DNA of 64,000 nucleotides from an uncultured virus (IMG/VR IMGVR_UViG_3300028591_000107) (lineage: Duplodnaviria > Heunggongvirae > Uroviricota > Caudoviricetes). Position 1 is the first letter of the stretch, and each line of letters starts with the position of its first letter. Both the position numbers and the translations under genes were made by a program. The stretch lies in the IMG/VR virus record IMGVR_UViG_3300028591_000107; one strand, written 5' to 3'. Positions 38,654-47,384 of this stretch are shown here, one piece after another. A model generated the notes under the pieces. That model was not told where the DNA came from. It ran no database searches and was given only the letters and a program-made list of their open reading frames with translations.

Positions 38654-40303
38654 TCATTTAGAGAAACAACACATATCTATATCTTTAAATTTCATATTTT
38701 TTATATAATTATCCTTTTCAATAGTATGATTATTAATATTAAAATAACCTGAGTTAAAATCATATTTATACATATGATTACCATCATCTTTATTAAATTT
38801 TTTATTAATAAATTCTTCTAATGATTTAGTCATATAATGTTTTATATAACATAAAGTTTCATTATGTTCATTTGACCCATTTTCTTGACTTATATATTCA
38901 CCAATATCATTAACCGAAATAAATTCATTTTCATAATTTACAATATTATGAAATTTATGATCATTAGCATTATTTATATGTAAACCACCACGCAAAAAAG
39001 GTTTATGTAAATTATATATTGGATATTCACTTTTATCATTATTATAATTCATAATTCTTGTAAACCTTTCTTGTACTGGTCTATTTTCATAATAAATTAA
39101 ATCATTATCATCATAAATTAACCAATTTATAAATATTTGATGAACTTTATCAAATATTTTTCTTGATAAATAATCATTAATATTATTATCTTTAACTAAT
39201 GTAATAAATTCATCTGGATCAATAAATAAAAACCAATTATAATTAGAAGAATATTTATTATATACAGTTACATAATTTTTTTGTTGAATATTTTTTTCAT
39301 TATTTCCTCTACAATTAATATATGTGATATAATTTTCATATTTGTTTATAATATTATGAGGATCTTCGCCATTAATATCATTATTATCAATTAAATAAAT
39401 ATGATTAATACCTATTTTTTGATTATATAATATCCATTCATCTAAATATTTATTTTCATTCTTTATTTGAACAATTATTGCAGATGTAGTTTCATTAGTA
39501 AAATATTTTATTTGATATTCTTTATTAAACAATTTATATGTTAAGGGTTTATTTAAATCATATATATTTTCACCTAATGGACCTTTAGCATGAATATGAT
39601 CTTTATATACAATTTCATTACTATAATGAAAACAAAGATCCATATAATCAGAAGATATTATTTGTCTATTTACAAATAATGGGTTAATAATATTTATATA
39701 TTTTGATAAACAATATGTAAAATAACATTGATCATTATTATCGCAAAAATTAGTAGTTTTTTGAATAATATTTGATATATCGTTTATTAAATTTTTAATA
39801 TTTTCATTTATTTTATAAATTTGAAATGTTGTTTCTATTAATCCTGTATTATTAATATTAAATTGTTGATTAAACATTTCACGTAAAAATATATCTTTAT
39901 ATTTTTTGTCATGATTACGTAATGATTCCCATTCATTATATTCGTTAATCATATCATTACGTTCAGGATGTAACATTAAACAACAATCATAATTATTATC
40001 ATCTAAATATTTTACAATATTATATAATGATTTATGTATTTGTATAGAAGCATCTAACCTAATAATATATTTACTATCAGGATTAATATATGTAAATAAT
40101 TTTTTATATTTAACAATAAATGATTTTTGAATTCCTAATTCATAATCATTTAATTCTTCATCATAAATAAATTTCCAAACGTTTGATTGTAAATCTGTTC
40201 TATTTGTTATACATAAATATTCAGCATTAGGATCTATTTCTTCTGGTTCTTTTAATGTATCATAATATCCAAATAAACAAGTAATAATTGAATATTTAAT
40301 CAT
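38654..40303 (-). CDS. two-domain glycosyltransferase (DUF616-like + GT2/GT92-like)
   Basis: TCLFGYYDTLKEP...YLCITNR...RLDAS...HPER; KNENKYLDEWI...GINHIYLIDNN...FIDPDEF. Confidence 0.75.
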   Translation of the reverse strand: MIKYSIITCLFGYYDTLKEPEEIDPNAEYLCITNRTDLQSNVWKFIYDEELNDYELGIQKSFIVKYKKLFTYINPDSKYIIRLDASIQIHKSLYNIVKYLDDNNYDCCLMLHPERNDMINEYNEWESLRNHDKKYKDIFLREMFNQQFNINNTGLIETTFQIYKINENIKNLINDISNIIQKTTNFCDNNDQCYFTYCLSKYINIINPLFVNRQIISSDYMDLCFHYSNEIVYKDHIHAKGPLGENIYDLNKPLTYKLFNKEYQIKYFTNETTSAIIVQIKNENKYLDEWILYNQKIGINHIYLIDNNDINGEDPHNIINKYENYITYINCRGNNEKNIQQKNYVTVYNKYSSNYNWFLFIDPDEFITLVKDNNINDYLSRKIFDKVHQIFINWLIYDDNDLIYYENRPVQERFTRIMNYNNDKSEYPIYNLHKPFLRGGLHINNANDHKFHNIVNYENEFISVNDIGEYISQENGSNEHNETLCYIKHYMTKSLEEFINKKFNKDDGNHMYKYDFNSGYFNINNHTIEKDNYIKNMKFKDIDMCCFSK

Positions 40304-41150
40304 AAATTTTTAATAAATTATATTTTTCATAAAATTCTTTTTTTTCATCCCATTTTAAAAATAATGCAATCATATCTTCTATTTTAGTATATGAAATTTC
40401 CCAGCCATACATATTAAAATGGTTTGTTTGTTTATTATATTGTTCATCACAATGAAATCCACAATATAATTCACTAAAAATTGATCCAATAAATAATTCT
40501 GCACATCTTTTTAATCTTTCATTTTCATTACAAATAAATGGATTAATATCTATATTATTATCTTTAATATATTTATTAATTTTATATGTATTTAACCATT
40601 GAAATGATCCTGAGTAAAACCAATTATTTATATTATTATGTCTATAATCTTTAAAATATAAACACCCATAAGAAAAATAATCATTTTTTAAATATTTATT
40701 AGTTATTAAATATGTATTTAATTTATATTTAACTTCATCAATCCACTTAAAATTTAAATAATATAACGCAAATATCCATAATTTTAAATTATCTAAATTA
40801 TTTAAACCATTTTGATTTGATACACCTTTCGTATGACCAAAAAAAGTTATATATTCATCATATTGATCTAATTTATCAATTATATATTTTTTATATATTA
40901 TTCCTTCTCTATATTCTGGAATATTTTGTTCATAAATAAATGATATATTATTACAATTAGTAATATCTATTAATTTAAACTTAACTCTTTTAACTACATC
41001 ATCATAAATATTTCCATTATGACATATAATAAATATTATTTTATCAAATATATGAGATATTTGATTTAACATATTGTAATGTAATTCATATACTTCATTA
41101 TTGCATTCATTATCTGCAATAAAAAAACTATAAATCATTTGTAATTTCAT
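40296..41150 (-). CDS. glycosyltransferase-like protein (HTKG family), paralog of 41147..41998
   Basis: YREGIIYK..IIDKLDQYDE, FGHTKGVS, WFYSGSFQW, CAELFIG. Confidence 0.6.
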   Translation of the reverse strand: MKLQMIYSFFIADNECNNEVYELHYNMLNQISHIFDKIIFIICHNGNIYDDVVKRVKFKLIDITNCNNISFIYEQNIPEYREGIIYKKYIIDKLDQYDEYITFFGHTKGVSNQNGLNNLDNLKLWIFALYYLNFKWIDEVKYKLNTYLITNKYLKNDYFSYGCLYFKDYRHNNINNWFYSGSFQWLNTYKINKYIKDNNIDINPFICNENERLKRCAELFIGSIFSELYCGFHCDEQYNKQTNHFNMYGWEISYTKIEDMIALFLKWDEKKEFYEKYNLLKIYD

Positions 41151-41998
41151 ATTGTTAAACTATGTAAATATTCTAAAAAAATATCATGTCTATATGAATG
41201 TGATAAATCACTTAAAACATATAAAATATTTTTATAAGGTAATGTTGAATCTTCACACAAAAAATGTGAACATTGTTTATTAAATAAATCATCATCATAA
41301 AATCCTGCATATTTGGTTTCAATATTATCACCAACAAAAGCTTCTGCACAATATTTAATTGTTGTATTAAATGAATAATGATCTTTAATATCTTTATAAT
41401 TTATATTATTTTTTTGAATATATTTCATAAATCTATATGGATATATCCAATGAAATGATCCCGTATATTGCCATTTATACTTTACTAAAGAAGAATCATC
41501 ATAATTATATATTGTACCAAAAGTTATAATATCTTCATTATAAAACTTTTCATAAATAAAATTAATATTACCTAAATTATAAAAATACATAGCAGTTATC
41601 CAATCTACCGTATTCCAATAATATTTATTATTTAATTCATTTGTTACACCTTTAGTATGCATAAATAATATTAATTGGTTTTCATCATATTGATCTAATT
41701 TATCTATTACTTCTGTTTTATAAATTATTCCTTCTCTATAAATTGGATTATTTTGAACTATATGAAAATAAATCTTATAATTATTATTTATATATAATAA
41801 AATATTTTTCTTTGTTTCATTTATTAATTCCTCATTATTTATATCATCAATTAATAAATAAAAATTAATATCTGAAAAATAATTCTCATTATATTTATTT
41901 GTATTTAACATATTATTAAAATTTTTCAAATGATATTTATATAAATCATTAAATTCATTTTTAACATAATACGCATATATAATTTTTAATTTATACAT
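41147..41998 (-). CDS. glycosyltransferase-like protein (HTKG family), paralog of 40296..41150
   Basis: YREGIIYK..VIDKLDQYDE, FMHTKGVT, WQYTGSFHW, CAEAFVG. Confidence 0.6.
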   Translation of the reverse strand: MYKLKIIYAYYVKNEFNDLYKYHLKNFNNMLNTNKYNENYFSDINFYLLIDDINNEELINETKKNILLYINNNYKIYFHIVQNNPIYREGIIYKTEVIDKLDQYDENQLILFMHTKGVTNELNNKYYWNTVDWITAMYFYNLGNINFIYEKFYNEDIITFGTIYNYDDSSLVKYKWQYTGSFHWIYPYRFMKYIQKNNINYKDIKDHYSFNTTIKYCAEAFVGDNIETKYAGFYDDDLFNKQCSHFLCEDSTLPYKNILYVLSDLSHSYRHDIFLEYLHSLTI

Positions 41999-42016
41999 TA
42001 TTTAAATTAAATAAAT

Positions 42017-43237
42017 TTATCCCAATAATTCCGAAACAATTGCTCTATCCTTAGCGGGTATTTTTGATGCAATTATTTTCATTGAACTTGTTAATGAATA
42101 TTTTACTTTATTTGATGTTATTCCTTCATTTTCTGCAATCTCATTTATAGACATAGGAAATGGTAAATCAATACCGAATTTTTTCTTAAGTATACGTCTA
42201 TCTAAAGCATTTAGATTACAAAGTAATTTGTTAATCATTTCTTTAAATATGTTTTGACGTTCCATTTGTTGTATAGATTCATCCTCTACTGCAAATTCAT
42301 CATTAGCAACTTCAGATATTTGATTATCATGATAACAATCATCTGTATGAGGATTTACTGAATCTAATCTGATTACGTTAATATTACCATTTTCTTTATC
42401 TTTTATAGATTTTGGAACTTTTATTATCTTACTATAATTATTTAATTCATTTAATATAATTGCTTTTATCCAGAAGAAAGATATAGAACTAAATGATGCC
42501 TTTTTAATGTATTTGTTTGTCCATTCCAAAAAATCATTTTTAGATGCAAATCCTTCTAAAGGAATATTTTTTAATGTTTCATCTAATAACTTAGTATATT
42601 TAAAATTTCTTAAAATTAATTCTTTTGCATCTTCATATGAAAATACTTTGTATTCTGATTTTTTAATATCTTCAATAATAGATACTCGTAAATTTGAACG
42701 TTCACTATCAAATTTATTAAACGCCATTAATAAACCTAAGTTACCTATTTGTATTAAATCTTCAAAAGGTAAACCTAAGTTTTGATATCTTTTGGCACAT
42801 TCTATAGCTAACTTTAAATTGTTTTTGATAAATATCTCTCTATTTTCATCACAAAATTCAATATCTTCCGATTCTCCTTGTGGATGTAAAATATATTCTC
42901 TTTTTACTTCATTGAAATAAATATCGATATTGTTATCAAATGTTTTTGTTGAAACATATTTTTTTACAAGTTTATGTCTCGTTTGCATCTTTAAATCATT
43001 CATGAAAGTATCTGAAAAATGATCTTTTCGTTTTTTCAATAATTCATGACATGTTTCTAAATAAAAATCTACGATTGATTTCTCTGCACAATCTTTAATC
43101 ATTTTTGAATCATAAACTATTTGATCTAATAATTTATTTCCATTTTCTTCTTCAATATGATTTGATTGTATGTAATTTTCAATTTTGTTTAATGATGTTT
43201 GACTTAGTTTAAATTTTCTACCCACTTTATATTCCAT
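42017..43237 (-). CDS. phage sigma70-family RNA polymerase sigma factor (with insertion in region 2)
   Basis: NNLKLAIECAKRYQNLGLPFEDLIQIGNLGLLMAFNKFD (regions 2.1-2.2); FSSISFFWIK; region 4 LNALDRRILKKKFGI..MSINEIAENEGIT. Confidence 0.88.
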   Translation of the reverse strand: MEYKVGRKFKLSQTSLNKIENYIQSNHIEEENGNKLLDQIVYDSKMIKDCAEKSIVDFYLETCHELLKKRKDHFSDTFMNDLKMQTRHKLVKKYVSTKTFDNNIDIYFNEVKREYILHPQGESEDIEFCDENREIFIKNNLKLAIECAKRYQNLGLPFEDLIQIGNLGLLMAFNKFDSERSNLRVSIIEDIKKSEYKVFSYEDAKELILRNFKYTKLLDETLKNIPLEGFASKNDFLEWTNKYIKKASFSSISFFWIKAIILNELNNYSKIIKVPKSIKDKENGNINVIRLDSVNPHTDDCYHDNQISEVANDEFAVEDESIQQMERQNIFKEMINKLLCNLNALDRRILKKKFGIDLPFPMSINEIAENEGITSNKVKYSLTSSMKIIASKIPAKDRAIVSELLG

Positions 43238-43315
43238 TATTTTTTTATTGGAATTCTGGGTAATAATAAAATATAGAAACTAATTTTAACAAATTTTAAT
43301 TTTATTTAATATTTT

Positions 43316-43774
43316 TTATTCGTAAATTTCACAAGTTATAGGTAATGGATCTAAATATTTTATCATAAGTGGTTTAACTTGATTTTCCCAATCTAATCTA
43401 CCATTTGTACAACCAAGCTTAGGCCACGCAATAGAAGTTATTTTCCAATATTTATAATTTTCAACAAATTCTTTCAACCCACGTTCAATCCATTCTAATT
43501 TTGATGGGTATTGCCAATGTTCTTTAGTTGCAAAACATAATATCTTTTTTTCTTTAAATAAGTCTATATAAGTATATAACCAAAGATCTCCACCATGTTC
43601 AAGACATCTATATTGACCAGGTTTACAAATTTTCTTATATTCTTCAAACATTTTGGGATATCTTTGTTTAAATTGTAAAGCAATACCCTTTCCCATAACA
43701 CCAACACAATTTACTGTATTGACTAAAGTCTTACATTTGGAGTTAAATATATCTCCTGTTTTCCAAATAATCAT
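43316..43774 (-). CDS. macrodomain ADP-ribose hydrolase (DarG-like)
   Basis: GDIF, VNTVNCVGVMGKGIALQFKQRYP, FATKEHW, IAWPKLGCTNGRLDW. Confidence 0.9.
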   Translation of the reverse strand: MIIWKTGDIFNSKCKTLVNTVNCVGVMGKGIALQFKQRYPKMFEEYKKICKPGQYRCLEHGGDLWLYTYIDLFKEKKILCFATKEHWQYPSKLEWIERGLKEFVENYKYWKITSIAWPKLGCTNGRLDWENQVKPLMIKYLDPLPITCEIYE

Positions 43775-44232
43775 AAATATTTTACTAATTCATTATTTTT
43801 TTCTATAAACCCACATTTAACATATTTTTCCTTTAATTTGTCATGTAATGGAAATGTATGTATTTCATTAGGTTTATATGTTTTCTCTACATAGCTCAAT
43901 ACACTATCAAAAACATTACTAACATTATTATTGTGTATTTTTTCTAATATAACTAATTCAATATTGTTATCTTCCAAAAAATGTAATAATTGTAATGCAA
44001 CTATATCATTATTATATATTACAGATATCCATTGATATTTTGTATAATCGTCATTAACATATATATTATCTGATAAATCTTTATTATTTTTAAATTCACA
44101 TATTAAATTACCTTGATATTCGAATATTTCATCTTCCATATGTGATTTTAATATAGGAAATTTTGTTGTACGAAATACATTATATACAACATCATTTATA
44201 TCAATATTTTTAAATTTAAATTTACTTACCAT
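43771..44232 (-). CDS. hypothetical protein, possible degenerate GNAT fold
   Basis: C-terminal KYVKCGF resembles the GNAT Y.K.GF motif; no clear acetyl-CoA motif. Confidence 0.35.
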   Translation of the reverse strand: MVSKFKFKNIDINDVVYNVFRTTKFPILKSHMEDEIFEYQGNLICEFKNNKDLSDNIYVNDDYTKYQWISVIYNNDIVALQLLHFLEDNNIELVILEKIHNNNVSNVFDSVLSYVEKTYKPNEIHTFPLHDKLKEKYVKCGFIEKNNELVKYL

Positions 44233-44292
44233 TTATTTTATATTTTTAATAATATTAAATATAGTATTTTAAAACTATTTTTTATAATATTA

Positions 44293-44308
44293 TTATTTTT
44301 AAATAAAT
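44293..44308 (+). promoter_or_regulatory. putative class II (late?) promoter motif
   Basis: ttatttttaaataaat upstream of a structural-type gene. Confidence 0.4.
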
Positions 44309-44339
44309 ATATAACAAATAAATATAAATAATTTAAGTC

Positions 44340-45314
44340 ATGCCTATAAAACAAATTTCCCAGATTAAATTGGGAGGTGAACTTTATCAAATAAAAGATA
44401 CTACTTATGCACAAGCTACAAGTGATGTTTTAGGTCTTATTAAAATTGGATATACTCCTGCAGAAAATTCACAAAAATATGCAGTGGAATTAAATAATGA
44501 TGGTCAAGCATTTGTTAATGTACCATGGGATAGTGGTGTTGATACCAAATATAAAACTACTCTTAATGGTACACTTTATGGGGATGCAAATGGTATAGAT
44601 TTAGGTACATGGTTTGCCCCAACAACTGCAGGTACAGCTGGTCAAATATTGTCTAGTGCAAATGGTGCTCCTACATGGATTGATTTCCCAGCAGCTGGTG
44701 CAACTTTAGGTGGTATTAAGAATGGATATATATCTACTAGTTCTAATAATTTTGCTGTTAATGTTGTAACAGAAGATCAATATATTGGTACTGCATATGT
44801 TTCTATACCAGAAGGTGCAAAAAATAATATTGTTTCTGCTTCAACAAATCCAATGATTTGGAGTGGTGCAGTATTAAAATCATGGATGGATGACATACTT
44901 GGTGTTGACGCAGCAGCAGTATCTGAATTAGTTAATATACTTAGTGATAATAAGACATCAACAGGTATATTAAAAGCTATTGCAGAAAAAGCTAATGCAG
45001 CAGATATTATTACTTATGCTGCTGGCGGTGGATTAACAGAAAATACATCAGGAACAACTACTACATTTAGTGTTTTAAATGGATATGTACATGCTACTGA
45101 TAGTAATAACTTTAAAATTGATTATACTAGTGATGGATTATATGCAATAGTAACTGATGCATCTACAACAAGTAAAGGTCTTTTAAGTAAAGAAGATAAA
45201 ACAAAAATCGATACTGGATTGGTTGGTAGATATACAGCACAAGGTGAAATATTAGAAATCACATGGGGTGCGGTTCCAAGTGTTCAAACACCAGAAGAAC
45301 AAACTGGAAACTAA
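44340..45314 (+). CDS. tail-fibre-like structural protein
   Basis: Gly/Ala/Thr-rich; DTTYAQATSDVLGLIKIG, GTAGQILSS..GAPTW, ATLGGIK, ASTTSKGLLSKEDKTKID are fibre-type repeats. Confidence 0.65.
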   Translation: MPIKQISQIKLGGELYQIKDTTYAQATSDVLGLIKIGYTPAENSQKYAVELNNDGQAFVNVPWDSGVDTKYKTTLNGTLYGDANGIDLGTWFAPTTAGTAGQILSSANGAPTWIDFPAAGATLGGIKNGYISTSSNNFAVNVVTEDQYIGTAYVSIPEGAKNNIVSASTNPMIWSGAVLKSWMDDILGVDAAAVSELVNILSDNKTSTGILKAIAEKANAADIITYAAGGGLTENTSGTTTTFSVLNGYVHATDSNNFKIDYTSDGLYAIVTDASTTSKGLLSKEDKTKIDTGLVGRYTAQGEILEITWGAVPSVQTPEEQTGN

Positions 45315-45338
45315 ATTGATAACAAATAATGTTAATAT

Positions 45339-45368
45339 AAAATGGGAAAGTTCGAACTTTCCCATTTT
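45339..45368. terminator. bidirectional terminator, perfect 30-bp palindrome
   Basis: aaaatgggaaagttc|gaactttcccatttt between convergent genes. Confidence 0.8.
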
Positions 45369-45937
45369 TATTTTGTATAATTATCAGATAAAGATTCCAA
45401 TTGTTTATTACAATTATCTACTATTGTTTGTGCATATTTTTTTATCATAGATATATTAAAGAAATCCTTTTCATATTGTCCGGTATTATGATATTCAGTT
45501 GACATCATTCTATCATTTATTCCTGATTCAATATCAGAAATACATTTATTAATCAATTCTATTTTTGGAGTAATTCCTCTAATAATAAAATCATCTACAC
45601 AATTACCTTCTTTATTATAATTTATTAAATATTTATTAACAAACAAATAATATGTTTGCCCGGCTTTTCTAATTTTAATAGTTAACTCATTATTATCATA
45701 ACATATAAGTGCTATATAATTAAGATACGTGGTATTATCATCTATATAATAATTATCAATTTTACATAATGTTTTTATTAAATTATCTAAAGAGAATGAA
45801 TTAGTTTTATTTAAATATTTAATAGAAAGTTTTATACTATCCCAAATATTTAAATATGAATTTTCACTATTATCTACATAACACACATCTGGATAAATAT
45901 TATTTTCTAAATCTTTAAATCTTATTTTTATTTTCAT
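45368..45937 (-). CDS. hypothetical protein
   Basis: 189-aa ORF, ATGA coupling. Confidence 0.65.
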   Translation of the reverse strand: MKIKIRFKDLENNIYPDVCYVDNSENSYLNIWDSIKLSIKYLNKTNSFSLDNLIKTLCKIDNYYIDDNTTYLNYIALICYDNNELTIKIRKAGQTYYLFVNKYLINYNKEGNCVDDFIIRGITPKIELINKCISDIESGINDRMMSTEYHNTGQYEKDFFNISMIKKYAQTIVDNCNKQLESLSDNYTK

Positions 45938-46191
45938 ATCTCCAAGGTTTCATAAATTTCTTCCTCTGTTAAATTGACTAATAACTTACAATGTAATTTT
46001 ATAATATTTTTATCATAAAACTTATAATCTATTCCTTCATCAGTTTGCTTATTTATATCATATTTAATGGTTATATGTGATAAATCAATATTTCTATATA
46101 TAGATTTGTCATTATCATCTATACCTGGGAAAAAATATAAATGAACATAATTATCATCATCTCTATATGCAGTAACAAATCCTGGTATCAT
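45934..46191 (-). CDS. hypothetical protein
   Basis: ORF in gene string. Confidence 0.6.
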   Translation of the reverse strand: MIPGFVTAYRDDDNYVHLYFFPGIDDNDKSIYRNIDLSHITIKYDINKQTDEGIDYKFYDKNIIKLHCKLLVNLTEEEIYETLEI

Positions 46192-46208
46192 TTTTTATAT
46201 AAAATAGA

Positions 46209-46238
46209 AATTGGGTAAGAATAAATTCTTACCCAATT
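46209..46238 (-). terminator. terminator hairpin
   Basis: aattgggtaagaat-aa-attcttacccaatt. Confidence 0.7.
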
Positions 46239-46269
46239 CAATATAATTATTTTATGTTTTATCTATAAA

Positions 46270-46800
46270 TTATTTTTTAACCATTCTATTACCAGAAATT
46301 TTTAACTCAGTACCAGGAACGAATTCAATATTAGTTAATTTTAATTTTGGACCTGAACCATCAATTTCATATTCACATAATACAAATATTAATTCATCTT
46401 TATGTTCTACTTGTGCTTTAGTTAATTTTGTATTAGAATATTTCTTACCTTTTTGGAATGATTTTATTTCAAATTTATCTCCACGAATTGTAAAATCATA
46501 CCAAGCTTCACCATCTTCATAAATTTTTGGTGATTCATATTCATCATCACCATATTTATTACCATTTTTATCAGGTTCATTAAGTTCACCTGGTCTCCAC
46601 ATTTTCATTTGAATAACATATTTTATCCATCCTTCAATAATATAACCCGCGCATTTTGCTAAAACCTTTTCATTTAATGGATTAATTTTACCATCTTCAG
46701 CGCTCTTTAATAATCCTGAAGCCATTCTATCAAAATCTTCTTGACTATTATTAAATGCTTCACATATATTATATGTTAAAATATCTTTTAAATTTTTCAT
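46270..46800 (-). CDS. PD-(D/E)XK-fold nuclease with capsid-targeting-like leader
   Basis: MKNLKDILTYNICE|A; GYIIE...WYDFTIRGDKFEIKS. Confidence 0.6.
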   Translation of the reverse strand: MKNLKDILTYNICEAFNNSQEDFDRMASGLLKSAEDGKINPLNEKVLAKCAGYIIEGWIKYVIQMKMWRPGELNEPDKNGNKYGDDEYESPKIYEDGEAWYDFTIRGDKFEIKSFQKGKKYSNTKLTKAQVEHKDELIFVLCEYEIDGSGPKLKLTNIEFVPGTELKISGNRMVKK

Positions 46801-46823
46801 ATTAATTTATTTTAAAAATTTAT

Positions 46824-47327
46824 TTAAGGTTCTGTATTAGTTTCAACATCTACTTGTGATTGTGCTATTTCAACATCAACATCGTCAATGTCATTATCAT
46901 TATCTAAATCAAACTTCTTATTTTCTTCAGTAACTTCTTCTCCTTTATGTGATTCTACTTCTTCAGGTGTTATTGTATTAACAACTGGAGTTTCAGGAGT
47001 TTCAGGTGTTTCTGGAGTCTCTGGATTTACTGGGGTCTCTGGATTTACTGGAATCTCTGGATTTACTGGGGTCTCTGGAGTTTCAGGAGTCTCTGGAGTT
47101 TCTACAGAATCTGATTCAACAACCATTTTTGAACCACCAGGAATATGATTATATAAATATTCTGGAGCTTTTTCGCTTACTATATCATATCCTTCTTTAT
47201 CAAATGTTGTACCTACCATAGCATTATATAATTCATATGCTTCTTTACCTTCAAGTACATCTGCATGAATTGAATTACCTGCTATAGCTGCAATCTTTGA
47301 TTCTAATTGTTCTTTTGTTATAGCCAT
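46824..47327 (-). CDS. acidic protein with Pro-Glu-Thr linker and EF-hand/dockerin-like tail
   Basis: (ETP/VNP)n linker; DLDNDNDIDDVD calcium-loop pattern. Confidence 0.6.
   Translation of the reverse strand: MAITKEQLESKIAAIAGNSIHADVLEGKEAYELYNAMVGTTFDKEGYDIVSEKAPEYLYNHIPGGSKMVVESDSVETPETPETPETPVNPEIPVNPETPVNPETPETPETPETPVVNTITPEEVESHKGEEVTEENKKFDLDNDNDIDDVDVEIAQSQVDVETNTEP
46982..47104. repeat. 9/18-bp coding tandem repeat (ETP, VNPETP)
   Basis: ggagtttca / ggagtctct / ggatttact units. Confidence 0.85.
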
Positions 47328-47384
47328 TTTTATTATATTCGAATATATTTTTGTTAATTAATAATAATATATTTTTAATAATGT

